A stretch of DNA of 38,686 nt, taken from the NCBI GenBank assembly GCA_030038335.1, contig JASHPC010000049.1:1-38686 (forward strand), written 5' to 3'. Under the pieces are notes generated by a model, which was given only the letters and a program-made list of their open reading frames with translations, ran no database searches and was not told the origin of the DNA. Both the position numbers and the translations under genes were made by a program. Source of the stretch: Vulcanimicrobiota bacterium. GTDB taxonomy: Bacteria > Vulcanimicrobiota > Vulcanimicrobiia > Vulcanimicrobiales > Vulcanimicrobiaceae. Shown here in pieces: positions 7,884-16,095 of this stretch (position 1 is the stretch's first letter; each line of letters opens with the position of its first letter).

Positions 7884-7913
7884 AGCATAGCAGGCGGGGA
7901 AAGGGGGTGTCAA
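7884..7913 (-). promoter_or_regulatory. Sigma-70-like promoter for the infC operon
   Basis: The minus strand has TTGACA (7913..7908), an 18-nt spacer, then TATGCT (7889..7884). The -35 overlaps the TGA stop of the aminotransferase gene. Confidence 0.5.
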
Positions 7914-9148
7914 CTCGTCTGTTCGACGGCCCGCAGGCTCTCCGTGAAACGGCTGACGAGCATGTCAACCGTCTCGTCGTCGATCACGAGTGGCGGTGCG
8001 ATGCGCAAGACGTTTTCGTGCGTGTCCTTCGCGACAACGCCGCGCGAGAGGAGGGCCTCCGAGAGCCTACGGGCCGGCACGTCCAGCTCGATGCCGATGA
8101 GAAGACCGCGTCCTCGAACCTCGCGCACGCGCGCCGAAGGAACCGCTTTCAACTGCGCGATCAGGCGTGCTCCCGCGCGGCTTGCCCGCTCGGCAAGACG
8201 CTCTTCGACCAGGACGTCGATCGCAGTCGTTGCAACCGCCGCCGCCAGCGGATTACCGCCGAACGTACTTCCGTGGTCTCCCGGACCGAAGAGGTCCATG
8301 AGCGCGCGGCTCGCGACGACGGCGGAGACCGGATAGTATCCGCCTCCGAGCGCCTTTCCGATGATGAGCGCGTCGGGGCGCACGCGTTCGTGGTCGCAGG
8401 CGAAGAGGTCGCCGGTTCTTCCGAGGCCCGTCTGCACTTCGTCGGCGAGCAGCAGCACGTCGCGCTCGCGGCAGAGCGACGCGACGTTCGCGAGGTAGCC
8501 TTCCGGTGGCACGACGACGCCGCCTTCACCTTGAATCGGCTCGAGGAGAACGGCGCACGTCAGTGGCGTGATCGCGCGTTTCAGCGCCTCGATATCGCCG
8601 AACGGCGCGAAGATAAAGCCTGGAAGAAACGGTCCGAAATCGTTTCTGTATTGCGCGGTGGAACTCGCCGAGACCGCCGCAATCGTGCGTCCGTGGAAGT
8701 TGTTCGCGAAGACGACGATCTCGGCACTGTTGGACGGAATGCCTTTTGCTTCGTATCCCCATCTGCGAGCGAGCTTGAGCGCCGTCTCTACTGCTTCGAC
8801 CCCGGCGTTCATCGGCAGCACGGCTTCGTATCCGGTCAGCGTCGCAAGCCGCTCGAGAAAGATCGGAAGACGATCGTTGTACATCGCGCGCGACGTGAGT
8901 GAAAGCCGCTGCGCCTGCTCGACGAGCGTCGCGCGAATGCGCGGATGCGCGTGACCGTGGTTGAGCGCGGAGTACGCGCTGACGCAGTCGAGATACTGGC
9001 GTCCCTCGACGTCCCAGAGCCAAACGCCCTCCGCGCGCTCGACGACGACCTCGAGCGGGCGGTAGTTGTGCGCTCCGTATTGCGCTTCCAGCGCAATCGC
9101 GTCGCGAGCACGGTCCTGCATGCTGCGATATGATACCATCATCCTCAA
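7910..9148 (-). CDS. rocD: Ornithine--oxo-acid aminotransferase
   Basis: Closely collinear with remembered B. subtilis RocD: YGAHNYRPLEVV, SAYSALNHGHAHP, FANNFHGRT, LLADEVQTGLGRTG, IGKALGGGYYPVSAV, HGSTFGGNPLA. The start is uncertain (TTG 9148, or the ATGs a few codons in). Confidence 0.9.
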   Translation of the reverse strand: MRMMVSYRSMQDRARDAIALEAQYGAHNYRPLEVVVERAEGVWLWDVEGRQYLDCVSAYSALNHGHAHPRIRATLVEQAQRLSLTSRAMYNDRLPIFLERLATLTGYEAVLPMNAGVEAVETALKLARRWGYEAKGIPSNSAEIVVFANNFHGRTIAAVSASSTAQYRNDFGPFLPGFIFAPFGDIEALKRAITPLTCAVLLEPIQGEGGVVVPPEGYLANVASLCRERDVLLLADEVQTGLGRTGDLFACDHERVRPDALIIGKALGGGYYPVSAVVASRALMDLFGPGDHGSTFGGNPLAAAVATTAIDVLVEERLAERASRAGARLIAQLKAVPSARVREVRGRGLLIGIELDVPARRLSEALLSRGVVAKDTHENVLRIAPPLVIDDETVDMLVSRFTESLRAVEQTS

Positions 9149-9993
9149 TGATTCCCCGTTCGGGCGCGTTGGAACGTCTACTGGGGCGCGACGGCGAACG
9201 CGTCGACGAAGAGGGCCGGACCATCCTCCTCACCCACGGGGAGCGTCGTCCTCGGGCAGTACTCCTCTTTCACGGCATCACCGCCGTGCCGATGCAGTTT
9301 CGCCGTTATGCTGACGCGCTGTACGCGCGAGGATTCAACGTGCTCGTGCCGCGCTTGCCGCGCCACGGGTATCGCGATCGCATGACCGGTGCGCTCGCGC
9401 GACTCACGGTCGATGGGCTTTGCGACTTCGCACTCGAGAGCCTCGAGGCGGCGCGGAGCCTCGGAGAAGACGTTACCGTCGCGGGAGTATCGGCGGGCGG
9501 TACGCTCGCACTGTGGCTCGCACAGCGCGCACCGCTGGATCGGGCAGTCGCGATCGCGCCGTTTCTCGGTGTCGCGCTCGTTCCGCGGGCGATCATGCGT
9601 GTCGTTGCTGCGGCGATGCTGCTTCTGCCGAACCGGTTCGTATGGTGGAATCCGATCAAGCGCGAGCATCAGATGCCCGAGCGCGGCTATCCGCGTTACG
9701 CGACGCACGCGATCGCTCGGGTCTACGAGATCGCTTCGAGCGTGCTGCAAAACGCGACGCGCGCTCCATGCGCTCGCGAGATCGTCCTCATCGTCAACGG
9801 CGGCGAGGCAACCGTGAACAACGGGGAGATGCGCGCGCTGTTTCGCCGTTGGCGTGCGACGGGGGCGAACGTCGCGCAACTCGAACTGCGAGGAATGCCG
9901 CCGTCTCACGACATCATCGAGACTGAGCGAAACGTCGAGCTCGCGAAGCGCGTCTTTCCCACGATCCTCGACGCCATCGATCCGCAACGATGA
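9130..9993 (+). CDS. Alpha/beta-fold hydrolase (esterase/lipase-like)
   Basis: LLFHGITAVP..., nucleophile elbow GVSAGG, and a C-terminal PPSHD histidine region. The start could be ATG 9148. The stop overlaps the tag start (ATGA). Confidence 0.75.
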   Translation: MIPSSSMIPRSGALERLLGRDGERVDEEGRTILLTHGERRPRAVLLFHGITAVPMQFRRYADALYARGFNVLVPRLPRHGYRDRMTGALARLTVDGLCDFALESLEAARSLGEDVTVAGVSAGGTLALWLAQRAPLDRAVAIAPFLGVALVPRAIMRVVAAAMLLLPNRFVWWNPIKREHQMPERGYPRYATHAIARVYEIASSVLQNATRAPCAREIVLIVNGGEATVNNGEMRALFRRWRATGANVAQLELRGMPPSHDIIETERNVELAKRVFPTILDAIDPQR

Positions 9994-10547
9994 CCTCGCG
10001 CCGTAGACGCGTCCGTTGTTCGTGGGCCACGACGCCCGAGATGATCGCGTACCACGACGATGAGTGGGGCCAGCCCGTTCACGACGATCGCACGTTCTTC
10101 GAGTTTCTGATTCTCGAAGGCGCTCAGGCGGGCTTGAGTTGGAGCACGATACTCGCGAAACGCGAACGATATCGCACCGTCTTCGCTAGCTTCGAACCGA
10201 AGAAGGTGGCGCGTTTCACGCCGGCTCGTCTCGAGCGCATCCTATGCGATTCGGGTATCGTCCGCAATCGCGCGAAAGTAGAATCGGCGGTTCGCAACGC
10301 GCGCGCCTTTCTCAAGGTGCAACGAGAGTTTGGTTCCTTCGACGCGTACGTCTGGCGTTTTGTCGGAGGCAAGCCTATCAAAACGCGGCGCCGCACGCTC
10401 CACGACGTTCCAGCGACGTCGCCTGCGGCCGAGGCGCTCTCGAAGGACTTACGCGCGCGAGGTTTTGGCTTCGTAGGACCGACGATTTGCTATGCATTCA
10501 TGCAAGCCGTCGGAATGGTCGACGACCATCTCGTCGGCTGTCGCTAG
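9990..10547 (+). CDS. tag: DNA-3-methyladenine glycosylase I
   Basis: RCSWATTPEMIAYHDDEWGQP.., LEGAQAGLSWSTIL.., FVGPTICYAFMQAVGMVDDHLVGC are collinear with E. coli Tag. Confidence 0.92.
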   Translation: MTSRRRRVRCSWATTPEMIAYHDDEWGQPVHDDRTFFEFLILEGAQAGLSWSTILAKRERYRTVFASFEPKKVARFTPARLERILCDSGIVRNRAKVESAVRNARAFLKVQREFGSFDAYVWRFVGGKPIKTRRRTLHDVPATSPAAEALSKDLRARGFGFVGPTICYAFMQAVGMVDDHLVGCR

Positions 10548-12073
10548 ATGTAGTGCTTCACCTTCGGCCAAATCTCTGAAAGCGGCTCACGAATGCCGCG
10601 GCAGATCATGATGGGCAGGTTCTGCTCGTACGACATGATCCAGGGTGCGTCGAACGTCGCGGCGAGCTGGCGCGAACGAAAGAGATGCTCGCGAGCGCCG
10701 CAGTCTCCGTTGACGTCGATGACGATCGTACCGTCGTACCCGTGCGTTCCCCACAGCCAGTAGTTGTTATGCCCGGAGATTACGGGCGGCAGATGGTACT
10801 CTGCGCCAAAGAAGTCGATCGCGGCTGCTTCGCCGTAGTTGCTCGCGGCGATTGCGGCTTTGGCGCGTTGCTGCGGCGGCAGAGAGTCGTAGACACGCGC
10901 GACGAGCGTCGCGAGCTGCGGCCACCCGTGCATGTCGGCGAAATCCTGTCCGATTGCGACGGGCCTATGACGTTCGCTTGCGACGGAAAGGTGCAGCGCC
11001 TGTGAGAGCGCGCTCTGATACGCAGCGACGCGAGCCTCGGGCAGAATCGGTTCGACTAATGGAATTAACCAGAGCGAGAAGATGAATGCGGCGACTGCGA
11101 CGACCGGACGAAGGAGGTGCACGCGCTGCGTCCAGCGCTCGACGGCGAACGCTCCGCTTGCGATGACGAGCGGATAGACGTCTGCCGGATAGTAGTTCTT
11201 TCCGTGCATTCCTATCATCATCGCCACGAGGAGCACGTACGTCCACGCGACCCAACGCAACGACGGCTGACAGAAGCCGTATACGATGCCCGCAATCCAC
11301 AGCGGCGAGAGGAGCAGATTCGTGAGGAAAATCTGCTGCACGACGTACGCGATCGGGCCGAGCACGACGTTCTTTCCTTCGATCTGTGCGTTGCGGAGGA
11401 GCTCCCACATTGGAAAACCGTGCGACGCCTGCCAGATGAAGTTCGGCAGCGCCACGAGAACGGCGAGCAACATCCCCGCAAGGAACGACGGCGTCGCGAA
11501 GATGCGCCTACTGCGCGTGAGCGCGACGCCAAGCAGAAGCGCGATGCCAAAGAAAATGACGCTGTACTTTGCTTCGCACGAGACGCCGAGCGCTGCGCCG
11601 ACGCCGAGCCAAGCACGCAAGTCGGCTCCGTTGGCGAGGCGTGCGACGTACAGCGCCGCAAGCGGCCAGAGCCAGAGCCCGACCATGTCGGGCCCAACTT
11701 TCTCGCCGAACGCGCAGAGTACCGGAGTCAGCGCGACGACGATCGCGGTGAGAATCTGCGCGAATCGACCCCCGCCCCACTCCGTAACGAGACGGACCGA
11801 GACGAAGACGCCCGCTGCGGCGAAGAAAGCAGCCGTTGCGCGCAACGCAACGAGCGAGATGCCGAATAGCTGCGTTCCAGCGGCGATGAGCGGAACGAGC
11901 GGCGGTTGATCGACGTAGCCGAAGGCTGGGTGACGGCCGCAGATGATGAAGTAGAGCTCGTCGCGGAAGAAGCCGTAATGCGGATTCGCAGCGACGTGGA
12001 AGGCGAACGTCAGCGCAGACGCGATCCACGCGATGCGCGTGGCCGGCACGCGATCGCCGGCCGGCTTACGCAA
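10544..12073 (-). CDS. GT39/ArnT-PMT-like polyprenyl-phosphate-dependent membrane glycosyltransferase
   Basis: Polytopic 509-aa protein with an N-terminal FRDELYFIICGRHPAFGYVDQPPLVPL loop motif typical of GT39/GT83 enzymes. The start overlaps the tricorn stop by 8 nt. Confidence 0.75.
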   Translation of the reverse strand: MRKPAGDRVPATRIAWIASALTFAFHVAANPHYGFFRDELYFIICGRHPAFGYVDQPPLVPLIAAGTQLFGISLVALRATAAFFAAAGVFVSVRLVTEWGGGRFAQILTAIVVALTPVLCAFGEKVGPDMVGLWLWPLAALYVARLANGADLRAWLGVGAALGVSCEAKYSVIFFGIALLLGVALTRSRRIFATPSFLAGMLLAVLVALPNFIWQASHGFPMWELLRNAQIEGKNVVLGPIAYVVQQIFLTNLLLSPLWIAGIVYGFCQPSLRWVAWTYVLLVAMMIGMHGKNYYPADVYPLVIASGAFAVERWTQRVHLLRPVVAVAAFIFSLWLIPLVEPILPEARVAAYQSALSQALHLSVASERHRPVAIGQDFADMHGWPQLATLVARVYDSLPPQQRAKAAIAASNYGEAAAIDFFGAEYHLPPVISGHNNYWLWGTHGYDGTIVIDVNGDCGAREHLFRSRQLAATFDAPWIMSYEQNLPIMICRGIREPLSEIWPKVKHYI

Positions 12074-15000
12074 GCGTCGGAAGCGGAAGCGACGGTCGCG
12101 TCGTCAAGTCGGGTCGCACGGGAACGTTGCGCGCGAGCGCCTCGTCCATGAGCTCGAGCGCCGCGTCCAGTTGTGGATCGCGTCCGTCGCGGTAGTCGTG
12201 CGGCGCGATGTCAACTTCATAATCGGGGTCGGTGCCGTAGTTTTCGACCGTCCATCCGACGTCGACGAACCAGAAGGAGTACTCGGGCTGCGTCGTGAGC
12301 GTGCCGTCGACGAGCGGGTGGTACGGAGCGATACCGATGACGCCGCCCCACGTGCGTTTTCCAACGAGCGGTCCGAGCTTGTAGAGCTTGAAGCAGTGGC
12401 TGAATATGTCTCCATCGGAGCCGGCAAACTGATTCGTGATCGCGACCATTGGCCCGTCGACGGATTCCGGTGGATACGGCATCGGAGCTCCGTACCGCGG
12501 GATGTCGTAGCCGACGCGCTTGCGCGCGAGTTTCTCGAGCAGGAGCGGGGAGACGTGCCCGCCGCGATTGTAGCGCACGTCGACGATGAGTCCGCGGCGA
12601 TTGAACTCGCTGAGGTATCCGCGATGAAACTCCGAGAATCCCCACGGACCCATATCGGGAACGTGAAGATAGCCGACGCGTCCGTTACTGTGCTCGTGCA
12701 CGTACGCGCGCTTCTCCTCAACCCACGCCCGGTAGCGTAACGGCGCTTCACTCGCAAGGGCTTTCACGAGCACGTTGCGTTCCGGCGCGTGACCGCGTCG
12801 CACCGTCACGGTGATCTCGCGACCCGCTGCGTTGACGAGCATCTGTTCGGGCGTAACGTCGCGCGAGAGACGCCGGCCACCGATCGCGACGAGGACGTCG
12901 CCGGCCTCGACGTCTAGTCCCGGTTCGGCGAGCGGCGAGTCGACTTCGCGGTTCCACGAGTCACCGCGATAGACGCGATCGACGCGGTAGCCTTCGAGCG
13001 CATCTTGCCATGAAAGGTCGGCGCCGAGAAATCCACGTTGATATTGCAGCGGCTCACGGAAGTCACCGCCCCACTCGTACGCGTGCGAGGTTCCAAGTTC
13101 GCCGTGCATCTCCCAGATCAGGTCGGAGAGCTCGGTGCGCGTGCGCACGCGGCCGAGGACGGCGTGGTAGCGGTCGTAGACGCGATCCCAATCGATATCG
13201 CTCATGTCTTCGACCCAGAACTGCTCCGTTTGCAGTCGCCACGCTTCGCGGAACATCTGCGCCCACTCGTCGCGAGGCACGATCTCGACGACCGCGCGAT
13301 CGAGATCGATCCATCCGCTCTTGCGTCCCGGCTCCGACGGCGGTTTTTGCTCGTCACCGTTCTCTGGGAGATCGCTCTGTGCGTCGATTGCGCGAAGGCG
13401 ATGCTGCGAACGATACGCGAGCGTGTGACCGTCTGCGCCGAGGCGTATCTCGTTGACGTCGTTGGCAACCGTCGCAGCGCGCTGTTGCTCGAAATCGAAC
13501 GCGAGCAGCGTGCCCGACTCGTCGCGTTCCTCGTCGTTCGGTGAGAACGGCTTGATGCCGCGAACCGGAAAACGTGTGAAGAGCACGCGCTCGCGCGTTG
13601 CGACGATCTGCTGATAATCGCCCTCTTCCACCGGAAAGCCTAGCACGCGTCCTTCAATGCCGTTGAAGTCGATCTGGATCTCGCGCTTCTCGTCCTTCTT
13701 GCGTTCGTGACCGTCGCGCTCGCTCTCGTGGTCGCGATGAATGGGCCGCGGTTTGGGCACGAACGGCGACGGCACGTCCGCGCGCAGCGTCACGACGAAC
13801 GGACGGTGCGCTTGCGGAAAGCTCAAGTCGAACTGCAACGCGTCGTAAACCGGATTGAAGTCGCGCGTCGAAATGAAATACAGATACCGGCCGTCGGGAT
13901 CCCATGCGGGTGAGATGTCGTCACGAAGCGGCGGCGTAGCATCGTGCACGCGTCCCGACTTCACCTTTGCGATGCGAATGATCGACGTACCGGCCGACGG
14001 CGACCACGAATAGGCAAGGAAGCGGCCATCGGGAGAGAACGCGAGGTCGGTAACGCGCTGCGCGGGGCTCTTGTCGATGATGCGGATATCTTCGCCGTCA
14101 AGGTCGAGAACGCAGAGCTCGTAGCGATGATTCGCGAAGGCAACGACGTCGCGCGCAGGCGAGGCTGCAAGTTCCGTCACGCGACCGATGTCGCCTAGCG
14201 TGACGAGTCTCGGCTCGGTCGCGGCGCTCGCGTCGTGAACCTCAAGTTGTTCGTAGCCATTTCTATCCGTTACGCAGACGAAGCGCTTTCCGTCGTGCAG
14301 CCATTCGCAGAGGCGATAACGCGCACGACTGCCGATTCCGTGCGTGATGACCGCTCCCTCGAAGAGCGGCATCGTCAACGGTCTGCCACGCGATACGACT
14401 GCGAGACTCGTCCCGTCGGGATGCGGCGCGAAATGCTCTAGCGACTCCGATGCGCTCTCGAACCGCCGCGTCGTCTGCGGAGCCGCGGAGTGCGTCTCGA
14501 TCGAGACTTCGCGCGTCTCGTCGGAGAGCGCGTCATAACAGAGAATGCGACCGGCGCTGCCGTAGACGATGCGCGCGCCGTCGGTCGACGGGAAGCGCGC
14601 GTAGTAATCGGTCTCGTGCGTATGACGCCGAACGTCGCTGCCGTCGCGAGCGCACGAATAGATGTTTCCTATCCCTTCGTGATCTGCGAGAAAGAAGAGA
14701 CGCCCACCGATCCACATCGGCCACGTCGGATTGCCTCGTGGAAGGTCGAGACGCGAAAACGTTCCGCTAGCCGTCGCGGCGACCCAAATCTCGCCCGACG
14801 TGCCGCCGCGGTAGCGCTTCCAGCGGGCCGGATCGGCGTTGTTTCTTCCGATTGCGACCGAGCCGTCGTTAGCGATGCAAAGGCTCTTGGCATGACCGAA
14901 GGGCAACTCACGCGTCGCGCCGCCTTCACGTGGCACGGCGAATGCGCGCGTCTCGTTCGGATACCACGATCCAGGATTCGCGACGAAGAGAATCTCCGAG

Positions 15001-15293
15001 CCGTCGTCGCTCCACCCGGTCGTCCAAGCAACCGTGCTCCCCAAAAACGTAAGACGTCTCGGCTGCCCGCCTTCCGCAGGCATGATATAGACCTCGGGAT
15101 GTCCCTCGTCCGTCGACGTGAACGCGATCCATCGTCCGTCGGGCGAAAAGCGCGGAAACGAGCAGCTCCCGAAACTGACGGTCAGACGTACCGCAGTTCC
15201 ACCAGCGGCGTCGACCGTCCAGAGGTCGTCTTCGCAGATGAAAGCGAGCCGGTGAGACGCGATCGCCGGATACCGATAATACCCTTCAGTCAT
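12066..15293 (-). CDS. Tricorn protease homolog (beta-propellers, PDZ, S41-type catalytic domain)
   Basis: 1075 aa. N-terminus YYRYPAIASHRLAFICEDDLWTV, TolB-like repeats, and a C-terminal ..NQFAGSDGDIFSHCFK..GKRTWGGVIG serine-protease motif as in Thermoplasma tricorn. Confidence 0.85.
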   Translation of the reverse strand: MTEGYYRYPAIASHRLAFICEDDLWTVDAAGGTAVRLTVSFGSCSFPRFSPDGRWIAFTSTDEGHPEVYIMPAEGGQPRRLTFLGSTVAWTTGWSDDGSEILFVANPGSWYPNETRAFAVPREGGATRELPFGHAKSLCIANDGSVAIGRNNADPARWKRYRGGTSGEIWVAATASGTFSRLDLPRGNPTWPMWIGGRLFFLADHEGIGNIYSCARDGSDVRRHTHETDYYARFPSTDGARIVYGSAGRILCYDALSDETREVSIETHSAAPQTTRRFESASESLEHFAPHPDGTSLAVVSRGRPLTMPLFEGAVITHGIGSRARYRLCEWLHDGKRFVCVTDRNGYEQLEVHDASAATEPRLVTLGDIGRVTELAASPARDVVAFANHRYELCVLDLDGEDIRIIDKSPAQRVTDLAFSPDGRFLAYSWSPSAGTSIIRIAKVKSGRVHDATPPLRDDISPAWDPDGRYLYFISTRDFNPVYDALQFDLSFPQAHRPFVVTLRADVPSPFVPKPRPIHRDHESERDGHERKKDEKREIQIDFNGIEGRVLGFPVEEGDYQQIVATRERVLFTRFPVRGIKPFSPNDEERDESGTLLAFDFEQQRAATVANDVNEIRLGADGHTLAYRSQHRLRAIDAQSDLPENGDEQKPPSEPGRKSGWIDLDRAVVEIVPRDEWAQMFREAWRLQTEQFWVEDMSDIDWDRVYDRYHAVLGRVRTRTELSDLIWEMHGELGTSHAYEWGGDFREPLQYQRGFLGADLSWQDALEGYRVDRVYRGDSWNREVDSPLAEPGLDVEAGDVLVAIGGRRLSRDVTPEQMLVNAAGREITVTVRRGHAPERNVLVKALASEAPLRYRAWVEEKRAYVHEHSNGRVGYLHVPDMGPWGFSEFHRGYLSEFNRRGLIVDVRYNRGGHVSPLLLEKLARKRVGYDIPRYGAPMPYPPESVDGPMVAITNQFAGSDGDIFSHCFKLYKLGPLVGKRTWGGVIGIAPYHPLVDGTLTTQPEYSFWFVDVGWTVENYGTDPDYEVDIAPHDYRDGRDPQLDAALELMDEALARNVPVRPDLTTRPSLPLPTLA

Positions 15294-15354
15294 ACGTGCC
15301 CGGGTGTGGTTGGCGACGAAGGGCGTTCCATCCGCTTGGCACTCCTTGCGCCGG

Positions 15355-15381
15355 CCTTCACTTTGTAGTACAAAGTGAAGG
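15355..15381. promoter_or_regulatory. Perfect 27-bp palindrome (13-1-13) abutting the uppS ATG; candidate operator or SD-sequestering hairpin
   Basis: CCTTCACTTTGTA-G-TACAAAGTGAAGG, verified base by base. It is AT-richer than its surroundings. The core TTGTAGTACAA fits the generic GntR-type TnGTnnnACnA pattern. It ends at the base before ATG 15382. Confidence 0.6.
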
Positions 15382-16095
15382 ATGCTTCAGCGCGCCGTTT
15401 CTGACGTCCCCGAACACGTCGCCATCATCATGGATGGCAACCGCCGCTGGGCGCGGGATCGCGGCCTTCCGATCGTGGAGGGGTATCGCCGCGGCGTCAT
15501 TGCGCTGCGTGCCGCCGTCCGCGGCGCGGTCAAGGCGGGCGTGGGGCGGTTGACCGTCTATGGGTTCTCGACGGAAAACTGGTCTCGCGACGCGCGCGAG
15601 ATCAACATCGTGATGCAGATCTGCGCGGCCTGCGCGCGCAGTGAGAAAGCGCCGTTGCTCGCGCAGGGTGTGCGCGTCGACGTTATAGGCGACCTCGAGG
15701 CGTTCGCATTTCCAGCCCGTTCGGCCGTGCGCGACCTCGCGCGAAGCACGGCGCACAACACGCGGCTCATTCTGACGCTCGCGCTCAACTATAGCGGTCG
15801 CGCCGAGATCCTGCGCGCGGTGCGCAGCATCGCCGGCGACGTTGCCGCGGGACGCTTGCAGCCCTCGGAGGTCGACGAACAGGCGCTGCGCGATCGGATG
15901 TACGCGCCGCAGGCGCCCGATCCCGATCTGCTCGTTCGCACCGGCGGCGACGAGCGCGTCTCGAACTTCTTGCTGTACCAGCTTGCGTACACGGAGCTTC
16001 TGATGCTGCCGATCATGTGGCCCGAGTTTCGCGAGGAGAACTTCGCCGAGGCGATTCGCTCGTTCGGCGAGCGCCGCCGGCGTTACGGCGGCTGA
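15382..16095 (+). CDS. uppS: Undecaprenyl-diphosphate synthase (cis-prenyltransferase)
   Basis: PEHVAIIMDGNRRWARDRG, YGFSTENWSR, NYSGRAEI, LLVRTGGDERVSNFLLYQLAYTEL are canonical UppS motifs. Confidence 0.93.
   Translation: MLQRAVSDVPEHVAIIMDGNRRWARDRGLPIVEGYRRGVIALRAAVRGAVKAGVGRLTVYGFSTENWSRDAREINIVMQICAACARSEKAPLLAQGVRVDVIGDLEAFAFPARSAVRDLARSTAHNTRLILTLALNYSGRAEILRAVRSIAGDVAAGRLQPSEVDEQALRDRMYAPQAPDPDLLVRTGGDERVSNFLLYQLAYTELLMLPIMWPEFREENFAEAIRSFGERRRRYGG

Noticed and set aside
7376-8902. Very long ORFs antisense to well-supported genes. Examples are 7376..8902 (+) opposite rocD, 20022..21635 (-) opposite the mutase, 28045..29454 (-) and 27579..28751 (+) around prs, 3168..4397 (-), 23566..24705 (-) opposite glmU, 21785..22771 (-) opposite gltX, 29524..30507 (-) opposite uvrB and 36865..37608 (-) opposite ligA.
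   Set aside because: Their translations are Arg/Ala/Ser/Asp-rich low-complexity strings with no recognisable motifs. Each lies opposite a gene with unmistakable family motifs. Long stop-free antisense frames are expected in high-GC DNA.
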